Assembly: GCA_038087875.1 (NCBI GenBank)
Contig: CM075992.1
Span: forward strand, 9,426,001-9,490,000
Reading direction: 5' to 3'
Length of the DNA: 64,000 bases
Source of the DNA: Malacoraja senta
Taxonomy: Eukaryota
The notes beneath the pieces are model-generated. The model was not told the origin of the DNA. It searched no databases and saw only the letters and a list, made by a program, of their open reading frames with translations. Both the position numbers and the translations under genes were made by a program. This document shows, one piece after another, positions 1-13,099 of this stretch (position 1 is the first letter of the stretch; each line of letters opens with the position of its first letter).

Positions 1-623
1 GCCACCGCAGCCGTTTGCCGCAACGGCAGCCCGATGATTATAGGCCCACCCGCCGGGAAGCTGGAACACCGGCATCGGGTGGAAAGTCCTCAGCGGCCTT
101 GAAGTGTCTGGAGCGGCCGCTCCTTCCCCGGAGACTGCGGCGCCCATGGACTTCAGGCCGCGCCGGTTGGAGCTTCGACTCCGCGGTGTTTTTGATCCAG
201 CGCCGCCCGCCCGCGGCGGGGTGCCCTCAAACCGCAGACCGCAGACCGCAGACCACAGACCACAGACCGCAGCTGCTCGATGTTGGTGGTCGGCGGTCAT
301 AGCACACCGGAGCGGCGACCCGGCAAGGCATCGCCCGCTCCTTGTTGGTGTCCCAGCGCTGTGCCGCCGAAGCTGTGGTCCCCGGCAGGAACGCCGCTCC
401 AGCCCGATGGAAGGCAGCATGGGGAGATCGGAGATGCGATTTGGAGGAAAACCGCATCTCCGACCAGGTAGGACTGGGGTTAAAACAGTTCCCCCCACCC
501 CACCCCCCATATAGAAAGAATAGACCTCCAAATAAAAGTTATAGACAATAAAAAGGGTTAGAGGACGGACTGCAGGCAGGCGCCCATACAAACGGCGCCC
601 ACTCCTGCACATCCGTCATCTTG
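1..623 (-). mobile_element. GC-rich interspersed repeat (probable non-autonomous retroelement 5' part), related to 25335-25987
   Basis: Minus strand starts CAAGATGACGG. It shares the GGGGGAAC..TACCT.G.CGGAGATGCG..GCATCTCCG block with 25460-25532. Truncated by the window edge. Confidence 0.5.
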
Positions 624-850
624 AAATAGAAATAAATAAAGTTCTATCGTATCATGTCGTATTTATTTGAAAACATTCATTTATTTTAGCATCTGAAAGC
701 TTGTTCGGCCCTTGTTTGACTTAGTATATTATGGCACAAATTACCCGCAGCCTACAATGAGTTAATGGTATGTGAAGTGCTTGTGTCTGTTTTGATGTAA
801 CGGAGTGCTCCTTGGGGCAAATATAATGTTGAGTCATATCTTTCTTGCAG

Positions 851-1006
851 CAAATCAGCCAGCATCAGGAACAGTTCATCCAGATGTTAAACGAGCCCAT
901 GGAGGAACCTGGAGAGATTGAAGAGGAGATGGGAGCGGTTGGAGAGGACACATCGCAAGCAAACTACATTCAGGTCACACCCCAAGAAAAGGAAGCCATA
1001 GAACGG
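851..1006 (+). CDS. RAD23A: RAD23 homolog, penultimate coding exon (end of XPC-binding domain and linker)
   Basis: Acceptor tttcttgcag at 841-850 and donor gtcagt at 1007. 156 nt, phase 0, translating to [55 protein letters not shown]23 family is certain; A versus B is inferred from the acidic, non-polyglycine linker. Confidence 0.95.
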
Positions 1007-1043
1007 GTCAGTACAATTCACTAGAGAAATGCAGCCAAACCAG

Positions 1044-1413
1044 AAGATTGTTAAGGGCTTGGACACGCTAGAGGCAGGAAACATGTTCCCGATGTTGGGG
1101 GAGTCCAGAACCAGGGGCCACAGTTTAAGAATAAGGAGTAAGTCATTTAGAACGGAGACGAGGAAACACTTTTTCTCACAGAGAGTGGTGGGTCTGTGGA
1201 ATTCTCTGCCTCAGAGGGCGGTGGAGGCAGGTTCTCTGGATGCTTTCAAGAGAGAGCTAGTTAGGGCTCTTAAAAATAGCGGAGTCAGGGGATATGGGGA
1301 GAAGGCAGGAACGGGGTACTTGATTGGGGATGATCAGCCATGATCACATTGAATGGTGGTGCTGGCTCGAAGGGCCAAATGGCCTACTCCTGCACCTATT
1401 GTCTATTGTCTAT
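1044..1413 (+). mobile_element. CR1 LINE (HER1-like) 3' fragment
   Basis: KIVKGLD..RTRGHSLRI..FFSQRVVGLWNSLP ORF2 C-terminus followed by a (TCTATTG)n tail. Confidence 0.9.
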
Positions 1414-1548
1414 AAACCTTGGTGTTGGACTCAAAACAAACATTTCCCCCCTCTGGTTATTGTGTGTCAATGGCATTTCTAACATTGGCTTTGTTAAAAC
1501 AATGCTAATCAACATCTCTTGTCAACTCTACAAACATCTTAACGATAG

Positions 1549-1858
1549 GGGCGGCACAGTGGCGTAGTGATAGAGGTGCTGCCTTACAGTGCCAGAGACC
1601 CGGGTTACATCCTGGATACACGTGTTGTCTGGATGGAGTTTGTACGTTCTCTCCGTGACCATGTGGGTTTTCTCCAGGTGCTCCATTTTTCTCCCACGCT
1701 CCACAGACATGCAGGCTTACAGGCTAATTTGGCTTCGGTAAAAATGGTAAATTGTCCCAAGTGTGTAGGATATTGCTAGTGTATGGGGATCGCTGGTCGA
1801 CGTGGACTCGGTGGGCCGAAGGGCCTGTTTCCACGCTGTATCTGAACACTAAACTAAA
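1549..1858 (+). mobile_element. tRNA-derived V-SINE (HE1-like)
   Basis: GGCGGCACAGTGGCG head, V-domain GGAGTTTGTACGTTCTC..GTGGGTTTTCTCC, CR1-like tail ending (CTAAA)n. Confidence 0.85.
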
Positions 1859-3076
1859 TGTCAACTTTAATTAAAGTGGTACAATTCATTGTCCATTAGT
1901 TCTGATCACCGTTAGTATGTAGGGGACAGTCAGGTAGTTCTACAAGTACGATGGTTGTCCAGGATGGGTATGTTGTCCTCCTGGTGCCAGGGTGACTGAG
2001 GTGCAGATGATCCTGAAGGGGAGGGTGAAAACCCTGAGACTGTGGTCTCCATGATCAGCAGAAATTGACTTTAGTTTATTGCCACATGTACCGAGATACA
2101 GTGAAAAGCTTTTTTGTCGCGAGCTAACCAGTCAACAGAAACACAATACATTCTTACAATCGAGCCGTCCACAGTATACAGATACATGATAAAGGGAATA
2201 ACGTGAAGAAATGTTGCTGTCAGAGTAGAGATTTGAAAGAGTGGAGTGATTGTAATGCGTGGTTGCAGATCCACTTCTGTGGCAAGCACACAAAGAGTCG
2301 CCTGGCTTGGGGGTGGTCAGATTTCAAGGAGATAGGAATGACATTGGAAAGCAAGGACTCAAAGGTAGTTATTGCTGGGGTACTATTGACTCCATGTGTG
2401 TGAGAGTGCAGGAGTGGGAGATGGTGCAGATGCACATGTGGCTGAAGAGCTGAGTGGAGGTCCCTGGGTTCTGGCAAGGCTGGGTGCAATATTTTGCCTT
2501 TCAGCAGTATCGTGGCCTGCATTGTGTTGTGGAGGTTTGCTGATAACAATATGCGGGTTTGAGCTCACTTGGCAGTGAGAATGGAACTATGTAGCTTCAG
2601 GAACAGCAGCAAAATAGAGAAGGCGGGATATTGTTCCAACCATACAACAGCTTTCAAGGCTGCACTGAATTTACTGAATGCAGCGTCAGTCCTGGTTACA
2701 GTGAGATTTGAACACAGCCTTAGATTTGCTAACTTTGTACCATAAACTAATGTACTTGGCTGATCTCCAAGAATACATTCCTGTCTCAGATCTGAGGTGC
2801 AGGGCTTTCAAGAGTGTTCACAATGCCTTCATGAAGGTGGACTGTAATGAAATTGATGATACCATTTGGAGACACAAGGAACTGCAGATGCTGGAATCTT
2901 GCTTCAAACACATGGAGGTGATGTTTTGCATTAGGTCTCTTCTTCAACTGGAACCTGAATCCTATTCAAATTCTTATTTGATTCTGGCTCTGCAAGGCCT
3001 CTGTTTCTTAGGAAGCTCAAAGTAAATGTTAGTTATGTTATTCTTAACGATAGTAGTCAGGAATTAATTTATCTTA

Positions 3077-3532
3077 CATAGAAACATAGAAAATAGGTGC
3101 AGGAATAGGCCATTCGGCCCTTCGAGCCTGCACCGCAATTCAATATGATCATGGCTGATCATCCAACTCAGTATCCCGTACCTGCCTTCTCTCCATACCC
3201 CCTGATCCCTTTAGCTACAAGGGCCACATCTGATCCCTTTAGCTACAAGGGCCATCTCTTAAATATAGCCAATGAACTGGCCTCAACTACCTTCTGTGGC
3301 AGAGAATTCCACAGATTCACCACTCTCTGTGTAAAAAATGATTTTCTCATCTCGGTCCTAAAAGATTTCCCCCTTATCCTTAAACTGTGACCCCTTGTTC
3401 TGGACTTCCCCAACATCGGGAATAATCTTCCTGCATCTAGCCTGTCCAACCCCTTAAGAATTTTGTAAGTTTCTATAAGATCCCCCCTCAATCTTCTAAA
3501 TTCTAGCGAGTACAAGCCGAGTCTATCCAGCC
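3077..3532 (-). mobile_element. CR1 LINE 3' fragment
   Basis: LDRLGLYSLEFRRLRGDLIETYKILKG..LWNSLP on the minus strand; (TTTCTATG)n tail. Confidence 0.9.
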
Positions 3533-3534
3533 TC

Positions 3535-3822
3535 TTCACCCGACTGCCCTCAGGAAGACGATACAGGACACTGAGAGCCTGCACGACAAGACTAAAAAAC
3601 AGCTTCTATCATAGAGCTGTGACACTACTGAACTCTATTCCCCTCCCACACTGATTCCCCCCCTCTCTCTCATACACCCGCCCATACTCCCATATGTTTA
3701 TAGTGTAATTTTTAATTATAGTAACGTATTTTTATAATCATATTCCTGTGCAGCTGGAGGATTGAACCAACAAAATTTCGTTGTCTTGTACAATGACAAT
3801 AAAGATTATTATTATTATTATT
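3535..3822 (+). mobile_element. Rex1/Babar LINE 3' end
   Basis: LPSGRRYRTLRACTTRLKNSFY motif, then CAATAAAG and a (TTA)n tail. Confidence 0.7.
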
Positions 3823-3917
3823 TCATTTCATTGGACATTTGGACAAGGACTTCCCAGAATTACTCTTCTAAAGGTTGATCAGATTTTTGATTGCACCCAT
3901 CTCTAACAAAACCCTAA

Positions 3918-4520
3918 ATAGACTCAAAATGCTGGAGTAACTCAATGGGTCAGGCAGCATCTCTGGAAAAAAGAAAAAGCTGACATTTCCAGTCCAGACA
4001 TTTCTTCAGACTGGGAGTCAGCAAGAGATGGAAACTAGAGGTATGAAAAGGTACAGAACAAATCAGAGCCGACACCGATGACCCAGGAGCCCACAATGAT
4101 CCATTGTTGGCTGTGGAGGAGGTGATAATGAAGGCATACGGACAGTAAAACTAGTAGGATGTCTAGGGTGGAGGAGGGATGGAGAAAAAGGGAATGCAAG
4201 GGTTACTTAAAATTAGAGAAATCAAAAATCATATCGCTGGGTTGTAAGCTGCACAAGCGGAATATGAGATGCTGCTCCTCCAATTTGTGAGTGGCCGCAC
4301 TCTGACAGTGGAGGATTTGTTCTGTACCTTTTCATACCTCTTGTTTCTCTCTCCCTCGACTCTTAGTGTGAAGAAGGGTCTCGATCCGAAACGTCACCTA
4401 TTCCTTCTCTTCAGAGATGCTGCCTGACCCGCTGAGTTACTCCAGCATCTTGTTCTGAGCAAGATTCCTGTATTTTGTGTCTATCTTTGGTGTGTCAGCA
4501 TCCACAGTTGCTCCTTACAC
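3918..4520. mobile_element. Penelope-like element remnant with inverted terminal repeats
   Basis: pLTR sequence on both strands flanks a decayed GIY-YIG C-terminal fragment; both hammerhead motifs are decayed. Confidence 0.7.
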
Positions 4521-6380
4521 ATGCTAACAAAAGCTTCCTCTTTTCCAGGAGTAGCTAAGAAGAAGGACATAGACGGCAGTGAGTTCAGGCAGGGATACAG
4601 AGGAAATCTGGAGTGGGAGGAGTGAAATATTATGGGATGCGTTAGTGTTGATAAAACCCACACACAAAACCTGTTTGCAATGTTTCCATTAAATAATGGC
4701 TTTGAGATTTGGTTATACTCAGTAGAGCATCACGATTAGTTTATCATTCATATCAACACAAAATAGTTATATTGTTCATACCGCTGGGTTGTAAGCTACC
4801 CAAGTGGAAGATGAGGCGCTGCTCCTCCAGTTTGTGTGTGACCTTACTCTGGCAATGGAGGAGGCCTAGGACAGAAAGGTCAGTGTGGGAATGCGCAGGG
4901 GAGTTAAAAACAGATCAGATGGAACGGTAGTTATATTTTCACCCAGAGACTTGTGAATCTGTGGAATTCTCTGCCACAGAAGCTAGTGGAGTCCAATTCA
5001 CTGGATGTTTTCAAGAGAGAGTTGGATATAGCTCGTAGGGCTAACGGAATCAAGGGATATGGGGAAAAAGCAGGATCGGGGTACTGATTTTGGATGATCA
5101 GCCATGATCATATTGAATGGCGGTGCTGGCTCGAAGGGCCGAATGGCTTATTCCTGCACCTATTTTCTATGTTTCTATTGTGTTGGTGGAGGAAAGAATT
5201 TTGAAGGGAAACAATCAGTTGTTTTTTTTAATGTAGTAATTTAATTAATTATGCAAAAGGATTTTTATGATACCAGCATCTATCTGTATGGAATCTGGAA
5301 TTGGAACCTGTATTAATTTTCCAATCAACCCAATTCAGAATTGTTTAATGGTTACCGCTAAAATGTTCAGTTTTGCATTTAAGCTTAGTTTTGTGTGTTT
5401 CTTGTATGTGCAGCCTAATGCTTTTATTGTTGACATTTTTCTTCTTGTGTCCACCTCCGTCCTTGAAGTCATAACCCCATCTTTCTCTCGTCTCCTTCAG
5501 CCTGGCAACTCTTTGAGCTCTGAGCCTCCTACGGCTCTGGCCATTTGTACATTCTTGACTTTAATCTCTCCACAGATGGCGAGGATGAATTTTAAAATAG
5601 ATAGCACCCAACATCATAAGCTGTAAGCTGAAATTGTCCCTCCGCCCCTCTATACCCTATTAAACAAAATGCTGGAGTAACTCAGTGGGACAGACAGCAT
5701 CTCTGGAGAGAAAGAATGGGTGATGTTTAGGGTCAAGACCCTTCTTCATGCTGTTCTTCTCTATGTTCTATATGCAGGGAACGTAGGCATATGGATTACG
5801 TGCAGGCAGATGAGATTAGTTTAACTTTGCATCAAGTTTGACACAGACACTGTGGGCCGAGGGGCTTGATCCTGTAGCAGGGCTTGATCCTGTGATCCTA
5901 GGGCAGCACAGTGACGCAGCGTTAGAGTTGCTGCCTCACAGCGCCAGAGACTTGGTTTCAAACTTGATCACGTGTGCTGTCTGTGCAGAGATTGTATATT
6001 CTGCTTGTGGCCACGTGGGTTTTCTCCGGGTGCTCCAGTTTCCTCCAAGACTCGAAAGGCGTACCAAAGTTAATTGGCTTTGGTACAAATTGGAAATGGT
6101 CCCTATTGTGTAGGATAGTGTTAGTGTACGGGATGATCATTGGTCGGCGCGGACTCGTTGACTGTTTCTACGCTGTTTTTCTAAAGTCTAAGCTCTGTGC
6201 CGCACTTTTCTATGTTCTATGACACCACTTACATGTTTTCAAGCATATTTTAGGTCCAGTTTTGCTTGATAGCCCTTCGCTGAGGCAATGGAGAATATTT
6301 TATAACCTTGACAAAAACTTTGTAAGTGTCTGTTGCTGGTGTCGCTGGCTATTGGTCATGATGTTTCTGCTCTTTCACAG

Positions 6381-6494
6381 TTGAAAGCCTTGGGATTTCC
6401 CGAAGGATTGGTCATCCAGGCTTATTTTGCCTGTGAGAAGAATGAGAATCTGGCAGCAAACTTCTTGCTACAGCAGAACTTTGATGACGAATAA
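6381..6494 (+). CDS. RAD23A: RAD23 homolog, last coding exon (UBA2 domain)
   Basis: Acceptor tctttcacag at 6371-6380. Translates to [37 protein letters not shown] then TAA, in phase with exon 851-1006 across a 5374-nt intron. Confidence 0.96.
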   Translation: MKALGFPEGLVIQAYFACEKNENLAANFLLQQNFDDE

Positions 6495-6962
6495 AGAACA
6501 GGAAAGAAACTCGTAATCAGAATATCTCGGACACACGTTAATGTACTCTCCGAGTTTGTAAGCCAGCTTTAACAAATGAAAACTTTCATTCGGTTCTGTA
6601 TGTGAATAATGAGATAGAGATGAGAGTAGAGATTGTACAAGACAGTTTATGTGGTGGCTAGAGATGCAACTAATTTTAACATGCAATGCTGCAAATTGGA
6701 GTAGAAATGAAGGGGGTTCGCTTCAATATTAACACAAAAGAAAAGTGTAAATACAATTTGTTTACTTGGTTTAAAATGATCAATTTGTTTTAACCTGATA
6801 CAATACACAAAAACAAGAGTCAGTACTGACTTCCTGAAGGGTGTCTCCATTTGTGATATTCAGAACACTAGTCACTGACTAGTGGGGTCTACAAGTTCCA
6901 GAGAAACTGGTATAGTCATGAACTATTCTATAGTTTTCTGGCTCTCCATAATTGCCATGTTC

Positions 6963-7381
<419 letters not shown>

Positions 7382-9365
7382 TTAATAGAAAATCTGGCAT
7401 CAGTATCATCTTTTGACAACAACACGTAACAAAGAAATCACAATTACATTGTAAACTGATCTCTTCTCGCACAGAGGCTGTGATCGACAAGCCCGCAGAG
7501 ATCATTTCCCCGTCATCTCACACAAATGGATTCAGACTGAAGGAATAGAATTTGTTTCTCTTCATTGTGTCATATTGTTTTCCTTATGAAGAAGATACTC
7601 AATTGTCTTCAATTGTTTCCATGTAATTAAAAAGTTATTTTTACTTAATATAGTTTTGAAACGTGTTATTTTTTTTTACCTGAGGTGTGAAAATTGAAGA
7701 TGAGAATCTTAAACTAAGTCCCTGCCTCCCATTACATTACATACACAAAAAGCTGGAGTAACTGGAGTCAGTTGGGCGAGTCCAGAACCAGGGGCCACAG
7801 TCTTAGAATAAAGGGGAGGCCATTTAAGACTGAGGTGAGAAAAAACGTTTTCACCCAGAGAGTTGTGAATTTGTGGAATTCCCTGTCACAGAGGGCAGTG
7901 GAGGCCAAATCACTGGATGGATTTAAGAGAGAGTTAGATAAAGCTCTAGGGGCTAGTGGAGTCAAGGGATATGGGGAGAAGGCAGGCACGGGTTATTGAT
8001 TGGGGACGATTAGCCATGATCACAATGAATGGCGGTGCTGGCTCGAAGGGCCGAATGGCCTCCTCCTGCACCTATTTTCTAACTCAGTGGGACAGGCAGC
8101 ATCTCTGGAGAGAAGGAATGGGTGACACTTCAACCCAAAATGTCACCCATTCCTAGGTAGACAAAAATGCTGGAGAAACTCAGCGGGTGAGGCAGCATCT
8201 ATGGAGCGAAGGAAATAGGCAACGTTTCGGTCCGAAACCCTTCTTCAGACTCACCCATTCCTTCTCTCCAGAGAAGCTGCATGTCCCACTGAGTTACTCC
8301 AGTATTCCAGTTACTCCAGTATCTTCAGTGTAAACCAGCATCTGCATTTCCTTCCTACGCATTCCATTACATCACTTTAGACTTTAGAGATACAACGTCG
8401 TTCATTTTCGATATTGCTTCTTAGATAGCGGAGTCAGAAGCCGCACCTTCACCACGCTCCTTCCTTGGAGAAGCTTGTTTTGCTCTTGTCTCCATCCTTT
8501 ACATGGTTGAAATGTATAAAAGTGTTATTAACACTTTAAAAGAGGTTATTCCACGTCTTGAAATCAAGTAAGAACAAGTAACATTGAAAGAGTGGTAAGC
8601 AAGGAGTTAAAAGTTAAGGGAGCAAACGATTTACAACCTTACAGCATGCTGCTACTAGAGAGACCCCCCCCCTTAACTTCTGTAAGACATCTTGGCCTTG
8701 GTGCCCAAAACCAAGTCGTGGACCACTGGTGACCTCCGTGGACCAACTAACAGCAAATGTACCTTAGTTGCGAACTGAGCCAAACCTAGGTGGTAATGCC
8801 TCTGGTTTGATAATTTGGTAATATTCTCCCATCTAGACTCTAGCACAAAGACTAAATCCCTGGATGAGTTGGACGGCATCTTCCGGGACAATGTCGGCAG
8901 TGACGAGGTTCTTATTATGTTCTGTCAGCTCGACAGGGAAGGTCAAATCAATGTCTTTAAGCTTTGTCTAGCCCACAGCTTACCAAGTGGACCAAAGAAA
9001 TGATTCAAAGATGTTCTCAAAACCTCCTTAGAAAGTGTAATCTCTGGCCCATTGTCATGAAATTGTATAAGACATGGCTCCCTTTGAAGCACCATGCTCA
9101 TGCTGATCATCCATTCTAGTCCCATTTCCCTGCATTAGGCCTGCACTCTTCACAGCCTTTCCTATCTGTATCCATTCAAATGCCTCTTAAATGTTGTGAG
9201 TATATCTACCTCTACCACCTCCTCTGGCAGCCTATTCCAGATAACCCCTGCCCTCTAAGTGGAAATGTGCCTCTCAAATCTCCTTTAAATTTCTCCCCAT
9301 TCTCTTTAAACCTGCTCCCTTTAGTTCTACACTCCTCGTCCTGGGAAAAAGGCTCTGACTATCTA

Positions 9366-9562
9366 TGTAAGAAGGGACTGCAAATGCTGGTTTAAACCGA
9401 AGATAGACACAAAAAGCTGGAGCAACTCAGCAGGACAGGCAGCATCTCTGGAGAGAAGGGATGGGTGATGTTTCGGGTCTCGACCCAAAAAGTCACGCAT
9501 TCCATCTCCCCCAAGATGCTCCCTGTCGCGCTGAGTTACTCCAGCTTTTTGTGTCTATCTTC
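9366..9562. mobile_element. PLE fold-back (inverted pLTR pair) with 14-bp target duplication
   Basis: GCTCTGACTATCTA at 9352-9365 and 9563-9576; the arms mirror around GGGTCTCGACCC (9475-9486). Confidence 0.8.
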
Positions 9563-9999
9563 GCTCTGACTATCTACCCAATCCATGCCCCTGCTGATTT
9601 TGTAAACTGCTATTAGGTCATAGAAACATAGAAAATAGGTGCAGGAGTAGGCCATTCGGCCCTTCTAGCCAGCCGTTCAATATGATCATGGCTGATCATC
9701 CAAAATCAGTACCCCGTTCCTGCTTTCTCCCCATATCCCTTGATTCCGCTAGCCCTAAGAGCTATATCTAACTGCCTCTTGAAATCTCTGAGGTCACCCC
9801 CTCAGCTTCCTACGTTCCAGTGAGAATAAGCCCAGTCTGTCCAATATCTACTTATAACTACAACCCTCCATCCCTGGTAACGTCCTGGTGAATCTCATCA
9901 TTGAGGGGAGTGCAGAAGAGTTCCCAGAGTGGAGGAGGAACATTCAGGATGGGATTAGGAATCTTGCCTCTGATGGGTGTGGACAGAAGCCCAGTATAA

Positions 10000-10303
10000 A
10001 GGCCCTGTCCCACTTTCCCGAGTTGCTCACAAATTCTCCCGAGTTTTCCCCTCGATTCAAACTCGGAGATGCCAGCCGTAGGTACTCGGGGCTATTTTTT
10101 TTAACTTGTGGACATTTTTCAACATGCTGAAAAAACGTCCAGACTTACCTGATGCCCCGAGTAGCTGGCATTACGAGCCGCAACGAAATATCTACAGACT
10201 CGCTATGGCCTCCTACGAACTCGCTACAGACATTCTCCGAGTTTGAATCAAGGGGAAAACTCGGGAGAATTTGTGAGTAACTCGGAAAAGTGGGACAGGC
10301 CCT
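10000..10303. mobile_element. PIF/Harbinger-type MITE
   Basis: TAA|AGGCCCTGTCCCACT...AGTGGGACAGGCCCT|TAA with long inverted arms. Confidence 0.85.
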
Positions 10304-10875
10304 TAAGTGGTGGAAGAGAAAGTCCGCCTTGCAACTACCCACCTGCCCAAACAACAGAAATCAGGAGCTGAAGTTGGCCATTCAGTCCCTCAAACCTGCC
10401 CCACTGTTCAATGTGGTCATGGGTAACCTACCTCAACCTCTCTACTCTGCCAGTTCCCTATCGCCCCCAATCTTTAAAAGAAATAGCTACTTCTTTCATG
10501 GTAGTGTGAATTTACACTCTTGGTTTGATTGTGCCTTGGTCAGGATTGTGACAGAATGCAAGAAAAGGTCACATTATTTAGTTTAAGGTCGACAAAAGTG
10601 CTGGAGAAACTCAGCGGGTGAGGCAGCATCTATGGAGCGAAGGAATAGGTGACGTTTCAGGTCGAGACTCTTCGATTTTTCCAGCATCTGCAGTTCTTTC
10701 TTCAACATTATTTAGTTTACTGTAGTTTAGAGATCCAGTGCAGAAACAGAGCCTTCAGCCCACTGAGTCCGTGCTGACCAGCGATCCCCGCACACTAGCA
10801 CTACCCTACACACTAAGAACAATTTATAATTTTTACTGAAGCCAATTAACCTATCATCCTGTACATCTCTGGAGT

Positions 10876-11270
10876 AGAAACATAGAAACATAGAAAATAG
10901 GTGCAGGAGGAGGCCATTCGGCCCTTCGAGCCAGCACCACCATTCATTGTGATCATGGCTGATCGTCCCCAATCAATAACCCGTGCCTGCCTTCTCCCCA
11001 TATCCCTTGATTCCACTAGCCCCTAGAGCTCTATCTAACTCTCTCTTAAATCCATCCAGTGATTTGGCCTCCACTGCCCTCTGTGGCAGGGAATTCCATA
11101 AATTCACAACTCTCTGGGTGAAAATGTTTTTTTCTCACCTCAGTCTTAAATGACCTCCCCTTTATTCTAAGACTGTGGCCCCTGGATCTGGACTCGCCCA
11201 ACATGGGGAACATTTTTCCTGCATCTAGCTTGTCCAGTCCTTTTATAATTTTATATGTTTCTATAAGATC
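10876..11270 (-). mobile_element. CR1 LINE 3' fragment
   Basis: Reverse complement of the CR1 ORF2 end and 3' UTR, with a (TTTCTATG)n tail. Confidence 0.88.
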
Positions 11271-11770
11271 CTATTATGGCACTGAAGGTGTGGATACTTT
11301 GTGAACACCTATTTATTGTCCCATAAATTGATGACTGAAGTACAAAAAGAGACAGGAATTGTGGTTTTTATTAGTAGTGCTCAGAATGTCCTCTAGCATT
11401 GAGCTTGCTGGAGGCTTCAAGCATGACACACAGCTTGTGTTCATCGCCAACCACAGTGTGGCATTACCGACCTCCTGAACTCTGTGGGTTTGCTATCTGG
11501 AAAGACAAACACATGTGAATGAGGAGAGTGTGAACAGGAAGGGAGCACTTGCCTCGCCTTTGATGGAAAATCAATGCGATGTTAAAACTGCAACATTTGA
11601 TTTTGTTTGGCAGTGGGTGACATTGCAGGGGAAACTCTGGACAAATTCAACTGAGAAGAAAGGATCAGGAACGCCCTCTTTACAAACGGTCCTCATTCTT
11701 TCTGTCACCACCCTGGGACGCTAATTGCCAAATTGAGTGCATGCATACCGACTGTTACTGTTTAAGAAGG

Positions 11771-12558
11771 TTGGGGGAGTGGGCAGATGCATGGCAGATG
11801 CAGTTTAATGTGGATAAATGTGAGGTTTTCCACTTTGGTAGCAAAAACAGGAAGGCAGATTACTATTTAAATGGCGTCAAGTTGGGAAAAGGGGAAGTAC
11901 AACGGGATCTGGGGGTCCTTGTACATCAGTCTATGAAAGTAAGCATGCAGGTACAGCAGGCAGTGAAGAAAGCGATTGGCATGTTGGCCTTTATAACAAG
12001 AGGAGTCGAATATAGGAGCAAAGAGGTCCTTCTGCAGTTGTACAGAGCCCTAGTGAGACCACACCTGGAGTATTGTGTACAGTTTTGGTCCCCTAATTTG
12101 AGGAAGGACATTCTTGCTATTGAGGGAGTGCAGCGTAGGTTTACACGGTTAATTCCCGGGATGGCAGGACTGTCATATGCTGAGAGAATGGAACGGCTAG
12201 GCTTGTACACTCTGGAGTTTAGAAGGATGAGAGGGCATCTTATTGAAACATATGATTGTTAAGGGCTTGGACACGCTAGAGGCAGGAAACATGTTCCCGA
12301 TGTTGGGGGAGTCCAGAACCAGGGGCCACAGTTTAAGAATAAGGGGTAAGCCATTTAGAAGGGAGACGAGGAAACTCTTTTTCTCACAGAGAGTTGTGAG
12401 TCTGTGGAATTCTCTGCCTCAGGGCGGTGGAGGCCGGTTCTCTGGATACTTTCAAGAGAGAGCTAGATAGGGCTCTTAAAGGTAGCGGAATGGCGGTGCT
12501 GGCTCGAAGGGCCGAATGGCCTACTCCTGCACCTATTGTCTATTGTCTATTGTCTATT
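11771..12558 (+). mobile_element. CR1 LINE 3' fragment nested in a PLE fold-back (11762-12736)
   Basis: WQMQFNVDKC..RPHLEYCVQFWSP RT C-terminus. The host PLE is split at TTAAGAAGG|AACTGCAG, and the PLE target duplication ACCGACTGTTACTGT lies at 11747-11761 and 12737-12751. Confidence 0.9.
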
Positions 12559-12672
12559 GAACTGCAGATGCTGGAAAATCGAAGGTAGACAAAAATACTG
12601 GAGAAACTCAGCGGGTGAGGCAGCATCTATGGAGCAAAGGAAATAGGCAATGTTTGGGGTCGAAACAATTGT

Positions 12673-12700
12673 CTGAAGAAGGGTTTCGACCCGAAACGTT
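12673..12700 (+). ncRNA. Minimal type I hammerhead ribozyme motif in PLE terminal repeat
   Basis: CTGAAGA-A-GGGT[TTCG]ACCC-GAAA-CG-TT. Confidence 0.7.
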
Positions 12701-13099
12701 GCCTATTTCCTTCGCTCCATAGATGCTGCCTCACCCACCGACTGTTACTGTGTCAGGTGATCAATTTTGAGTTGAGAGCTTTCCAGCTTGAAAACAAACC
12801 GAAGATAGACACAAAAAGCTGGAGTAATTCAGCGGGACAGGCAGCTTCTCTGGAGAGAAGGAATGGGTGATGTTTCGGGTCGAGACCCTTCTTCAGACTA
12901 GTTAGGGATAAGGGAAACGAACGATATAGACGGTGATGTGGAGAGATAAAGAACAATGAATGAAAGATATGCAAAAAAGTAACGATGATAAAGGAAACAG
13001 ACCATTGTTAGCTGTTTGTTGATTGAAAATGAGAAGCTGGAGTCACGTGGGTGGGAGAGGGATGGAGAGAGAGGGAATGCCGGGGTTACTTGAAGTTAA

